A DNA stretch of 64,000 nt from an uncultured bacterium. GTDB taxonomy: Bacteria > Muiribacteriota > Ozemobacteria > Ozemobacterales > Ozemobacteraceae. The position numbers and the translations under genes are program-made. The notes under the pieces were generated by a model, which saw nothing but the letters and a program-made list of their open reading frames with translations, was not told where the DNA came from and made no database searches. Numbering within the stretch: the first letter of the stretch is position 1; each line of letters begins with the position of its first letter. This document shows positions 18,309 to 31,200 of the stretch, piece after piece. Where the stretch lies: positions 5,159-69,158 of the forward strand of contig CAMJNS010000001.1 in NCBI GenBank assembly GCA_946407375.1. Reading direction: 5' to 3'.

Positions 18309-19118
18309 TTAGAGTCCTGCTGCTATAAGAGTTGTATAAATTTGATAAACAGTTCCTGTTGTGGAAGTATCATCTGCTCGAGCTTGATAAATCTGAGTTC
18401 TAGCTAATTCTACTTGATTTCTCCAAAAATAAGCATAAGCAAGCATAGCATGAGCTTCTGGAGAGCTAACACCTATGCACGTATGTTCTATTCCTAATAC
18501 TAAAGTTGGATTAGACAAAGCTAATACGTCCGCCAGTAAATATATCGCTCTATCCAAATTAGAATCACCTGTAGCCTGAATCAAAGCCAAAGCATAACCA
18601 AGAACAGATTCTCTATAAGCTTTAGAATTTTTTTCACCCATCTGATAAGAGGCTTTAAAATCTTCTATACCTTCAAGAGTGTTGTAATATTTGACTTTTG
18701 CCCATCCTCTACCATTAAGAGCTTGTTGTCGCTGATCATCTGTAGCGGTAGGATCATTTATAACATTGCCAAAATAACTAATGCTTCCGCCATAATTACC
18801 TTCATCCATCAAAGACCAGCCTTTAACTATTAATTCAGCAGGTGTTCTTACATCTGTGCCGGTACCTGTCCCTGTTCCAGTATATGTTCCTGTCCCAGTG
18901 CCTGTGCTGGTACCAGTTCTTGTTCCTGTGCTAGTTCCAGTTCCAGTAGATGTTCCGGTTCCAGTAATTATAATCGGTCCTGTTGGGTTTTCTCCGGGTA
19001 AAGTTTGTCTACCACTACCATCACCAGAACTGCCACCACAACCAATTAACATGACAGTTGTTGCAAACAAAAATGAAAGCAACAGTTTATAAAACTCTAT
19101 CATGTTAACTTTTTTCAT
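18309..19118 (-). CDS. Lipoprotein (paralog B) with a (Gly-Thr)n repeat linker and a conserved C-terminal helical domain. Partner of the upstream giant adhesin gene.
   Basis: Lipobox (..LIGC), then GSSGDGSG and ~36 aa of GTGTSTGTGTSTGTRTGTSTGTGTGTYTGTGTGTGT. The C-terminal domain is homologous to 7329..8030 (AHAMLAYAYF, ARTQIYQARADDT). Confidence 0.7.
   Translation of the reverse strand: MKKVNMIEFYKLLLSFLFATTVMLIGCGGSSGDGSGRQTLPGENPTGPIIITGTGTSTGTGTSTGTRTGTSTGTGTGTYTGTGTGTGTDVRTPAELIVKGWSLMDEGNYGGSISYFGNVINDPTATDDQRQQALNGRGWAKVKYYNTLEGIEDFKASYQMGEKNSKAYRESVLGYALALIQATGDSNLDRAIYLLADVLALSNPTLVLGIEHTCIGVSSPEAHAMLAYAYFWRNQVELARTQIYQARADDTSTTGTVYQIYTTLIAAGL
18854..18962 (-). repeat. Imperfect hexanucleotide (GGNACN)n coding repeat that encodes the Gly-Thr dipeptide linker of the lipoprotein.
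   Basis: The + strand reads cctgtccctgttccagt...ggtaccagttcttgttcctgtgctagttccagttccagt. Its antisense frame gives the spurious PVPVPV ORF at 18856..19092. Confidence 0.6.
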
Positions 19119-19250
19119 TTATAATAATTCCATAAAAAATGATTTTGTATGTTATCGGAATATTTCTTGATAAAATTTAGATAAAATAATTAATTCTATT
19201 TTATTTATGATAGGTAGTTTGTATTTATTCTAAAGCTTCTATTTCTAAAA

Positions 19251-19283
19251 TAAAAAAATCGCTGGCTAAAGCCAGCGATTTTT
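19251..19283 (-). terminator. Rho-independent terminator immediately after the stop of the 4038-aa gene.
   Basis: The + strand is aaaaaaatcgctggctaaagccagcgattttttt: a 9-bp stem (atcgctggc/gccagcgat), 4-nt loop, and T-run on the minus strand. Confidence 0.6.
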
Positions 19284-22200
19284 TTATTTTAGAACAGCAA
19301 TCTTCAAAGTCGACTTAACTTTTTTCCCAGTTTCTGGATTAATAGCTTCCAGTCTAGCTATATAAACTCCATTAGCAACTTTCTTACCTTTTTTGTTACA
19401 CAAATCCCATCTAAGTTCGTAATTTCCATCACCTTTATCGTTAACATCATTTTCATCAAAATCTGCAACTTTATGACCAGCAACATCATATATCTTAACT
19501 CTGATATGACAATTAACTTCAGTGCTATTTGTTCTGATTCTTATTGTGACATTATTACGTGCAGGATTTGGATACTGAATAATCTGCTTAAATTCAAACG
19601 GTAATACAAGAGCAAATCTCATACTTCCAGTAGACGCCGTGTTACCAGTACGGTCTTTGGCAGTGATTGTTAAATCATGTTTACCATTAATAAGTTCGGA
19701 TAATGATTTAAACTTGAAGTTACCATTAGCATCAACTGATAAATTCTGTAATTTTGAATCTATTTTAGCTTCTAAGCTATTAGTATCTAAACCTGAACCA
19801 TAGTCTTTAATATTTCCAACAAATTCTGGTCTAGCAGTTTCAAAAGCTTTAGAAAGATCAATCGATTCGTCCAATTTTATAGTTGGTCCAACACTATCTT
19901 GCATTATTGCAAAAACTTGATTAGAAGTTATTTTTGCTTTAATTTCTTTATCAGAAGTAATATTTGCAGAAATAAACTTCCATGAACCATTCTTTTGATA
20001 GAATAATCCTAAACCTGGAGTCTGACTAGCTGTTTCTGGAACTTTTAATGCCGCTACAACTCCCTTATTTACTTTTGAAGATAATATAGAAGCTTCGTAA
20101 GCATCTGTTATAGGAGTAAGTTCGGAATTTGCAGCTTCTTCATCTGCAGATGCAACAGAAGCTCTGAGTCCTCTCATCTTCGTATACTCATTCTGCAAAG
20201 CTGTTTGTATTGTTCCTGTAGCTGTTTCATCTTTAATAATAGATCTCTTAAGAATTTTTACTGTAGCTTTTGATTTCAAACTATCTTCATTAAAGATTAA
20301 ACTGAATTGCTTATCATCATAAGTCAGTCTTGCACTAGTATTAGGAGCAACCGTAGCTATAGCAAAAGAATTTGAACTACCGCCTTTATTACCATTTAAA
20401 TCTTCACCTTCAACCTTTAATGTTCCTGATTGACCATTAGAAGATTTAAGAGAAGCTGCAGCCATAAACGCCAAATTATTGGATGAATTTTTCTGCATTG
20501 TCATAGTAATAGGTGAAGCTGTTCCATGAATAATTGTAAGTTTAGGTTCTCTTAACAATTCTTCATTACTTAAAGCAACAACAATTATATCGTTTTCATT
20601 TGCAGCATTAGAAAATGCAGCTATTGTAAATTCTGGTGGAGTAACATCACGACCTCTAAAAGAGAAACCTGTCAAAGATGTTTCACAAGCATTATTTCCT
20701 AATTCATCTTTTACGCCAGGAGCTTGAATTGTATAAATAGCATTTTCAATAAAAGTTCCTGATGCACAAATCATAACACTCTGATTATCTGGTTGCATTA
20801 TTACATATGAAATAGGAATTGTGTTCCCAGAAGCATCTTTGATTACATATGATGATGGTGATTCACCAGATTCTTTATCCAATATTTGGTCGAATATGAT
20901 TACTATATCGCTTTGAGTGTTTACATTTTCAAAACTAGTATTGACTATTGATGGACCTTTAACATCGGCAAAGAAAACCGCAGAGCTTGCTGTTGGACTT
21001 ATACTATCACCGTAAATATTACGTAAATCATTTCCAACAGTAAGAGTATAAGAAGCACCATGAGTCATTCCATTTGCAATAAATGTCAAAGCACGTTCAT
21101 CTTCAATTTGTATATTGCTAATTGTTATTGAAGGTTTGATACTAAAAGGAGTTGCCCCTAGAGAACCTGGATCAATACTGTGATTAAACCAAAGTTTAAC
21201 AGTATTCGAACCAGTTTGAACAGCAGGATTCATTGCTTTGAAAGGAGCTGTTATTGCATTGGTACTTGTAGCATTAACAGAAGTATTTCCACAAATATCA
21301 GATACTTTAAATGTATATACACCATCAGTAACGGTCTTGCCAGAACTATCCTTTGCATCCCAAGAAGCTTCTAAGTTTCCTGCATTATCTACAATATTTA
21401 TTCTGTTAATTCTGACTCCACCTGAATTATATACATCAACATAGTAAGCCCCTGTAGCTGTTGCAGGTTCTTCTGTTTCCAATGAAATAATTAAGGGTCT
21501 GGTTTCACTTGGAGCACAGTTTTGTCCCACCGTTATTCCATTTATCTTAAGTGTAATTGTTCCTATTTCAGGAGCTTTTGTATCTATAATCATTTGATAT
21601 AGATCTTCAGTATCTGAAGCAGCAACATTACCAGCTTGATCAACAAGACCTATGTCGTATACTCCATCAGGCATTAAATCATCTGGATTACCAGTATCTC
21701 GGCTATATTTAGCTCTAAATGCAGTTTTCCAAGAATTATTTGATGTAGAATTTAACGCATATGTATCTGTAGATATGCTACTTCTTACACGTAATTTAGG
21801 TGTATTTTCTACAACATCTCTAAATATTACTTCAAAATTAGTATGTCTATAAGGATTCAAATAAACTACTCCAGAAGCAGGAAAATCAACACCACCATTA
21901 AAAGCTAAGGTTGAAAAAGTTGGTGCTTCACTATCAACACTCCAATTATGAGCATAATAAGAAAGGTCACCATTTACATCTGCAAGCCTTATAATAAATG
22001 AAGCTGACGTAGCAACTATTGGTTCAGTTACAGCATTCCAAGTAAAGGTTGCCATGTAATTAGCATCAACAGCAACTGCATAAGATGCTACAAATACTTC
22101 TTGAGTTATTTGATTTATTATTTCTTTCTTTAAGAATGTTACATATATAGTTGAAGGATCACCGTCTGGTTCATCAGAAAGAACAATCGACATTGTTGCT

Positions 22201-25200
22201 GCATTTGGATATACATTAAAGCTGAATACATCGTCATAATGATATTCTTCTCCACTTTCTAATGTAGCACTAGCCGTTGTTTCCTGATAAGAGATTGTCT
22301 TAACAGAACTAACTATAGGACCACCTGACTTAATAGAGATTTCCCCGAAATCAACTTCAACTCTGTTACCAGTTAAGTCTGTTCCAAAAATATGATAAAC
22401 ATAAGTTCCCTGAGGAATCATATTCTGAACAGCTACAGCAGTTTCAAATATTGCGGTATCACTAGCAATAGCTGTTGTTTCTATTCTCACTAGTCTACAA
22501 GGAATAGAATAAGAAGTTGTTGCTATTTCAAGATATTGATATGCTTCATCAAAAAGTGATTCATTAAATTGAACACTGAATGTTGCCATACCAGCTTCGC
22601 CAGAATTCAGATAAAGTTGTTCTGTAATTGTCGCAACTAATACTTCTGGTGCTGTTTTATCAATTAAAACAGTTCTGCTTGCTCCAATAGAATCATCTGT
22701 AGCAAGAACAGCAAAATTACCAGCCATGTCTACTGCAGTAATTGTGTAAGTTCCTTCAGGAATATCAGCATTAGTAGTATCAGTTAATTTGCCATTATAA
22801 ATATAAGTCGTATCAGAAATACTCATATTATATGTTCTTGTTGCAACAATATCAGAAGTTGGACTAGACACACCAAATACAACAAGTCTTAAAGCATCGC
22901 TTGCATTTAGATTAATATTAGCAGTTAAACTACCCAATATATCTGGATTATAATAATAAACTAAATCGCTAGAAGCAGATGAAACTCCAGTCAAAGTGAG
23001 ACTAGTTACTTTTGGTAAAATACTGTCATAATTCAGAACAAAATTATTAGAATCAGTAGCTATATTTCCTACAGAATCTATTAATTTTATTGTGAAAGTT
23101 CCTGCATATTCTATTGGTGCAGCAATACTTGGAGTGAAATCGCCGAAGAAATCTTCATTAACAGTTATTTCTGTCATTCCATCAACCAAAGTATGTGTTG
23201 CAATTTGAACTCCAGTATTATCAAACAATAACAAAGTATGGTCTAATGCATAAGGACCTTTACCAGTTGCATATTCTATTGTTAATGTTGCAATATTAGG
23301 TTCTACTCTAAAGCTAAAAGCTGTATTTGTGAAACTATCATCAGTTAACAGTATTTGTTTTGTTGTAAGAGTTGAAGAGAAATCTGGACTTTCAGAAATA
23401 ACTTCTACTTCACCATAAGTAGCTGTTGCCACAATATTACCAGCAAGATCTTTTGCTCCACTAACAATAATAGATGCTGTTCCAACAGGGAAACTAATAG
23501 TATCAAATATGTTATCTGTTACAAAAGTACATCTTTGATCGTCTAACCAAGCGTCAAAAGTTAATGTTGCTACATCTCCGGTATCTGTTGCTAGCAATAG
23601 TGTAGGATTAACATTAGTATTCATAGCTTCATCAAAAGTAACCAAAAACATAGCTGTTTTTCCTATAACAGTTAATGGATTATAAGTTTCATCAGAAGCA
23701 TAAGCTCCCATAACTTGAGGAGGAATACTATCCACAATTATTGCAATAGAAGCAGTATCATTAATATTACCTGCTAAATCAGATACCGTTAAAGTATATT
23801 TTCCATCAGGTAAAGCACTACCAAAACTAATTGTATAGCTATCTGACGCAGATATGATATATGTCGTTGTAGCAGTAGAAGATGCAATCAATAGCAAATC
23901 TTCTGTTTCTGTAGTGGTAACAGTAAAAGTAGCTGGATTTGCAGAGCTATAATACTTTATACCACCAGTGTTTTCTCCAACATCTCCATCATCAAATGCA
24001 ATATCAGTAACATCAGGAACAGTTATATCTGTTTTGAAAGTCCATTTCAAGTAACCACCTGTATCTGGACTACAATTTTCTAAAACATCTACTATTTTGA
24101 AAGTATAAGTTGCATTAGCTTCTGGTATACCATCAGCAACCCTCCAAGTTGCGTAACCAGGATTTGCTTCACTAACAGTCAAAGTAGCAATATTTTCATT
24201 TGACTCATTGAAAATAAGTAACCTATGAGGAGTATTAAACGGACCACTGACATAATCGAGTTTAAAGGTTACAGAAGCAGAATTCCCTGTATTATATTTA
24301 ACAGGATTAAAGGGTCTATTTTCTAATACTTCATCACTTATATCTGGTTGTAAAGTAAGAACAGTCATTTCTCTAACGCCAGGACCTATAGGTTGAACAT
24401 CTGTAGTACAAGTTGCTGGTGTAGAATCTATCCAGTTTCCAGCTAAATCTCTAGCTTCATAAACCTGATAATTATAAACACCAACAGGTAAAGAAGTTCC
24501 TATAGGCATAGCATTAGTGAATGAGGCAGTCATCATGTCATCGCCCCATCCAACAAAATTCATTTCTATATAAGTGCTATAAGTAGTTGTTGCTAATACC
24601 AGATGAGGAGTACTGCTAGTATCCATCAATTCGGCAAACTTAACAGTAAACGTTGCCATTCCTGTAGCAGTATTTGCGATTCTATCATCTGGACCAGGTA
24701 AAATACTTTCTACGCTAGGTGGAACATTATCTACTATAAACATTAGAGGCGCTGCATTGGTATGTAAATTACCTGCTTCATCTGCCAACATCACCGTATA
24801 TAGGTTGTCACTAAAACCCCAACCGAAACTATCTGTGTATATTGAGCTACTTGGAGTTGTTGTGCTCAAAGTCATAGTTGCAACTGGAGACATAGGAATA
24901 GAATATGAAGCTACAAGCAAGTTCAAAGGCTTATTATAATTTCCATTCAATCTTGCTTTGAATGTCATATTATCTAATGTAGAACTATAATAATATATTC
25001 CTTGACTATATGTTGCAGCACCGCTAAGCGACATTGTTGCCACATCAGGAGCAGTAGCATAGTAATCGATGCTTCCCACAACATCAGTTATATTATTAGC
25101 AATATCAATTATCTTTATTGAAATAGTACTATTGGTTGTTGGAATGGAAGTAAAATCTCCAGCAGTAATTGTAGCTGTAGCATTAACTCCATCCTGCGTA

Positions 25201-28200
25201 ATAGTAGCACTACCTATCTGAACATCTGACGAATTATACAAACAAAGAGTATGTGGAAGATTTTCCGTGTCTTCTGACTGGTATTTAAAGCTTATTTTCG
25301 TATAATCAGGTGATGCATCAAAATTTAAAGGCTTGCCTGCAACTACAGTATTTATATCAATAGTATTTCTTATACTATTGAGCTGAATACTATTGGCAAC
25401 TATTTTTGGTACTTCTGATCTTATAAGCATATAAGTTGTAGAACTAACAAAAGCATTACCAGCTAAATCTTGTCCGCCAGAAAGCTCATAAGACCAGGTT
25501 CCGTTAATAGTAGTAGCTGTTATTGGCTCATCAATTGTAAATACAGCTCTGGTATCAGAATTTTCCCAACGACTAAATGTGAAACTTATAGTCGCTGCAC
25601 TTGTAGCCAACACTAAGCTAGGATTATAAGCAGTATCCATTGTTTCTGAATAATCAACATAGAAATCATCTCGCCCTGCTTCTAACGTACCTAAAAGAAC
25701 AGGTCCAACATCTGTTGCTGTAGGAGCCACATTATCTATTATAAACGCAGCAGATGCAGTGCTAAAACCTGTTACGCTAGTTTCACTCTGCTTGGTTCTA
25801 TCATATACATATGACGCTATGAGAACAGGAGATTCATCTCCAAATACATCCTTTAAACCGTATAGTCTTAATTCAGCTTCAACACCATCAACTTCTTTGG
25901 TAAAATCTTCAGAAGTTTTGAATGTAACTATGGTTCTTTCAGTATTTCTTACGGTTCTAGTGCTCCAACCTTCAAAAGATGCTGAAGCAATTCTATCTCC
26001 TGTTGAAGTTTCAAATATTGCTGCAGTTGGATTATTCGATTCAGTAGTAGAGAATGGTATAGGATTTGCACCAGCTTTAAATTTAGTAACTTCAAAATCA
26101 ATAGTAAAGTTTCCAACGTCTTCTTTTGTTGGAGGCATATCTGTTACAGAAACAGCTATTAAAGAAGGCGTTTCATCTGGAACAGTTTCTACAACATCAA
26201 CAGCTCCCGGAGATGAAGGCTTATATCTAGTATTACCCATACCCCACATATTAATGAAAGAATCTTCATTAACTTGAAGTCCCCAATTTGTTGGACTACT
26301 AATATTATAATAATCCATTATTTTAACTATATCGTTTTCTGTTAAACTAACATTTACCGTGGTGCTAGCATAGTCATTTAATGTTGTGGTAATAGAACCA
26401 CAGCTAAGTTGTATACTTTTGCTTTCATCGTCAAGATCAAATAATGTAATTTTATTTAAATGTAAGTTAGAACCTTTTTGATTAGTTATAGAGGGTAATC
26501 CCATTTCTGGTTTTAATTCATTTTCTGTTCTATAACTATCGCTAAACAACCAAACTCTGTCGCTAAATGTAAGTTTTAGATTAGCACCAGTCAGATTTAT
26601 AGTTGGAACAGGATCAGACAATATATTTAAAGCTGGAATTGGAGTCGTTTGACGATTATCTGCTATAATATAAGGTGATTCTATCGTATATAGCTTCAAA
26701 TCTTTATCTAGAATACTTTTTACCATCTTGTTGGCAGATGATTTTTGTGCAAATTTTAAAGTACTATCTGGATTCTGAGTTAACCTATTAGCAATCCAGT
26801 CTCTACCACTATCACATAATATAATTCGTAAATTCTTATTATCAGTCCACACACAAGTATCTGCTTGTTGAATTACATACCATGAATCATAAGCTACATC
26901 ATGAAACTCTGTCCTTCCATCGCTAGGCTCATTTACATAAATTACAGCATCTGAAGCGACAAAAGTTGCTTTATTCATTTCTTGAGAAAATTCAATATTA
27001 AATGAAATTTTAGTTGGCCAATTATGAGTCATGGAGAAATTAACTATGCTTGGTGCTTCTCTCCAAGTATAATCTGTTATTGTTATTGGGAAAGCAGAAT
27101 ATGAAGCAATCCAGTTACCATAATTGTCTGTAGCTGCTGCAACATCTTCATCTCTTCTTACTTCTAAATAAAGAGGAGAAGAAGCCCAGTTAGCAACTTC
27201 CTTTTGTCCGTCTAAACCTAAAGTTACAACAACTTCATAAAAGTTATCTGTCCAAGAAGCTAATGAAGTATCGGAAAGATCCAGTTTTGAAGTTGCTCCA
27301 ATCGGAATAGTCGCACTTCCTACGAGGAACCATTTACTTTCATTTATATTATAGATATCTTCTGAAAAACTTATGGTTAAATTTTTACCATCAAAAGTTA
27401 CACTTGTTACTTCGGGCGCTTTTGTATCTAGTGATAATTCATGAATTGCCCCGCAAGGATAACCTGCTTCATCATAAATACTAATAGGAATGTATACACT
27501 TCTGTAATCTGTTTGTATGAAAGAGGCTATATCTAATCCGTTACCAGTATTATTCACCAAAGAATTTGTTATTGAGGCAAGAATATAATTTGAATCTCCA
27601 CCTAAACTGCTTAAATCTAATGCTGCTGTTCCTATTATTGCTCCATCAGAAAGAGTGGCGCTTGCTACAAGCAAATCTCTTGTTAATCTATTTGTTCCTG
27701 AACCTATATTTAATATTCCTGTTTTTTCGTGATCAGGATCAATAACCAATGAATAACTGGCTATACTTGGATAAACATTTTTAGCAACAAAAGTAGTTAT
27801 GCCTGATGTTGGGGTAGCTACATTTGCTGCATCATCAACTACTGAAATAATATAAGCAAATTCATCTAGATTTAGACTTCCCCAGGTTCCACCGCCTTCT
27901 ACAGCACCAGGAGCTTTAATAACAAAAGACATTTCATGTCTATTCATGTCACTATTATATTCCATTTGCTTAGTAATAGTTGCAACACCTGGATCAATAG
28001 AGAAACTTACAGAAGCTACTGCATCTAATCCTGAAGTCATGCTAGCATAAAAAGTTATAGTATCACCTATTCTTGCAATATTTGAATTTTTAGGAGGTAA
28101 TAGGCCATCGTTTCTAGCACTTATTTCCGCTCCGCAAAGTGAAGAATTTATTATAGGAACCAAACAGTCTACTGTTTTAATTTTCTGTGATTTAACAGTT

Positions 28201-31200
28201 GTTGTGTTGCCGTGATTATCTTTTATGGTTGCTGTAAATTCATAATCTTCATATTCTTCTGCCGTTAGCGTAGTAGTTGCAACGAAAGTATAAACATAAT
28301 CTCCGCCTGATATTGTTTCACTAACACTTTGTGTCGGAGAACCTCCAATTGCAGATAAATCATATGTTACTGTTATAGATTCAGAAGCAATAAGTTCTAA
28401 TGTAATAGGATTAGTTCTATTATCTGTATAGTTTATTCTCTGGTGTTCGGTAATGCTATCGCCTGTTATTAAAAATGATTTGGCTTCAGGAGGCTTATTG
28501 TCTATTAATAATTCTCTAGTATAGCTTGTTACCGAGTTGTCACAGCCATCACTAACAGTAATTGCCCAAGATGCAACAAGATTATCTATATCTCCTGACG
28601 CTATAGTCGCATTATATGAATAGACACCTACCGAGTCTTGATTCATTATTTCTTCAGACAATTCAGGATTTAAGCTAGATAAATTTATTACAGGTGGCAT
28701 TCCATCGTTGCCGTATACGTAAACCTTTATAGTAAAGGTATCACCTATTTTTAAAACAGAACCTCCACCTGGTGTTCCAACCAATATCGAAGTAATTACT
28801 GGCGGATTCAAATCTACTCTCTTTATTACATCGCTTTCAACAGCAACTTTATTACCAGAAATATCATACATTACTAAATTGAATATATAGTCAGACTGTT
28901 CCTCTAAACCAACCGAATCTGTAGCTACTATCCGTGAATGGTAATAACCAGCACTTTTTTCCATGCTTATAAAATTAGTAGGCCCTGTAACAGAAGCAAG
29001 ATTAGTATTATCAATATAATTCATTGTTCCATCTGTTAACTTACACAAATACGTTACATCTAACGTACAAGTGGCGCTGTCGTCGTTAGTTGCTTCCCTG
29101 ATAAATGGCAATACAAAATCAATTGTCTTTTTAGTATTTATTGATGTTGGAAATTTATCTTCAGTATTTGAATGATTTGTTAAAGTAATTATTACTTCTT
29201 GAGGGTCAGGAGGATTCTGGTCTAATGTTGGGAATGGGAAAGAGGCTACCATAGGTTCGCCTGTTGCTTTGTTTATAACGGTATTACCAGCATTATCCAA
29301 AATTGTCATTGGGAAAACTATACCATTATTAATTGTTCCTGTAGCAACATCAAATGTAAAAGTATAATCTTTCCCTATTTTAGTCATGGTTTCTTGAGAA
29401 TAATTACCCAAAGAAGAAAGATCAATAACTACCGATATTCCATCATCTACCTCATTGTCTAAAGTGACTTTTAGATTTACTACATCTCCAATAATAACAA
29501 ATGGGTCACTAGAATCATTGTTTATCAGTGTTCCATTTAATCTGCTTTCTTGACTTACCCATATTGGTGGCTCATTATCAACTTTCATAGTCAAAGTTGT
29601 TCTAGAATGGTTACCATGATTATCATGAGCTTCTAATACAAAATCATAATCTCTGTCTATTGTACCTGTCGCGACCGTACAAACGCATCGCCATTGATTA
29701 CCAGAACTATTCGTAAAATCGTGAATACCAGAATTATCTAAGCTTGTAAAATCAACAAAAACTGGGTGTAGATAATCATTTGCTCCACTTACTGTAGCAA
29801 GCATAGTTAATATATCTTTGTTAATTATGCTTCCGTCAGTTCCTGTTGCTCCAGTTATGGTAAAAGCATCAATCTGAGGTGCAACGTTGTCTATCATTAA
29901 AGACGGAGTTGTCATTCTTTGTAATACTGCTCCATTTCTGTCTGTTGCAGTAATTACAAAAATAACATATTGCCCGTCTAACGAAATGTTATTCAAGCCT
30001 CCACTATATGTTGCAATAAAACGATTCAAATCTTCGTTAAACAATAACGGCATAGAAGCGTTTACCCCAATAGGAGTCAAGTCTACTACAACTGTAGTTG
30101 ACTCCGTGGCTGTAGTAGAAACAAAAGAAGAGAAATATAATTGTGAAGTGGCGGTTGCTACAGGTATTTTTACATTATTTTCTGAATAAGCCTGAACCAT
30201 TGCGTCACTGTGTAAAAATTCGCCTAAATCAACTATACCTGCAAAAGTAACTTCTCGCGTTATTTTGTTCCCAGCATCGTCTGTTGCAGTAAATTGGAAA
30301 GCTAGAGTGTTATCATAATAACAGGTTGGGTCTGTTGGTAATTGTAAGGTTCCTCTGAATGTAGCCTGAGCACCCTGAGCAGGCGTTGCATTAACCACAA
30401 GATTTGTTGGTAATTTGCTGTCATCAAATGTTGTTCCATGATTGTTTTTCAATTCACTACTAGTTACTGTAACACTATCATTGTCGTAGTTTTCTATAAC
30501 TGCGGTGAAAGTTAAAGTGTCTCCTGGCTTTGCTAAGTTTGGATTTGCATTAGAAGAAGTAATTGTTGTTTGAGCTATAACAAAATCTGGTGCACGGCTA
30601 TCTATCATTAATCTTAATGTATCTACACCTGTGTAGACCGTTGTGTTTCCCGCATCATCTGTTAGAGTTACAACACAAGTGCAAACTGTATTGTCTATAT
30701 TGTCTGGAACGATAAATGTCGTAACATAGGTTTTTTCGCCCTTTAAATTCATTGTAAAAGTACCTAAACCTATGTCTTCAAGACATACTTGTACAGATTC
30801 TATATCATTGCTTGTAACTTTTTGAGTTATAGTAGCAACTTGACCGCTTGTTAAAGCCATCCCTGATGTGTATTGTCTGCCATTAACAGTACAAGAAGCC
30901 ACCCCATTTCTTAACGGAGGCTCATTATCAACATTTATTGACACAGATGTATATTCTTCAGTTCCATCTGAATTGGTTAAAACAAATTTTCCTGTCACTG
31001 CTCCATCAATATTTCCTGGAACAACAGTTAAAGCATTATTTCCTGCAGCGTTAGTTATACCAAGATACAAATTACTACCATTTATCTGGGTAAGAGCTAA
31101 TTGATCTTCTCCTGGATTTGTGACACCATTAAAATCTACAGCACCTGCGGTATTCTGTCCATCGCTTGTGAAAATTATAGATGCCTGTATTTGACTACCT

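Noticed and set aside
18856-19092. 78-aa ORF encoding PVPVPVPV...
   Set aside because: Antisense-frame artefact of the (GGNACN)n repeat that encodes the Gly-Thr linker of the lipoprotein gene 18309..19118.
25759-26277. 172-aa plus-strand ORF, and many other 60-100-aa plus-strand ORFs inside 8.1-31.4 kb
   Set aside because: All lie antisense within the two giant minus-strand genes. They are low-complexity S/T/V/L-rich translations without starts in good context, so they are spurious.
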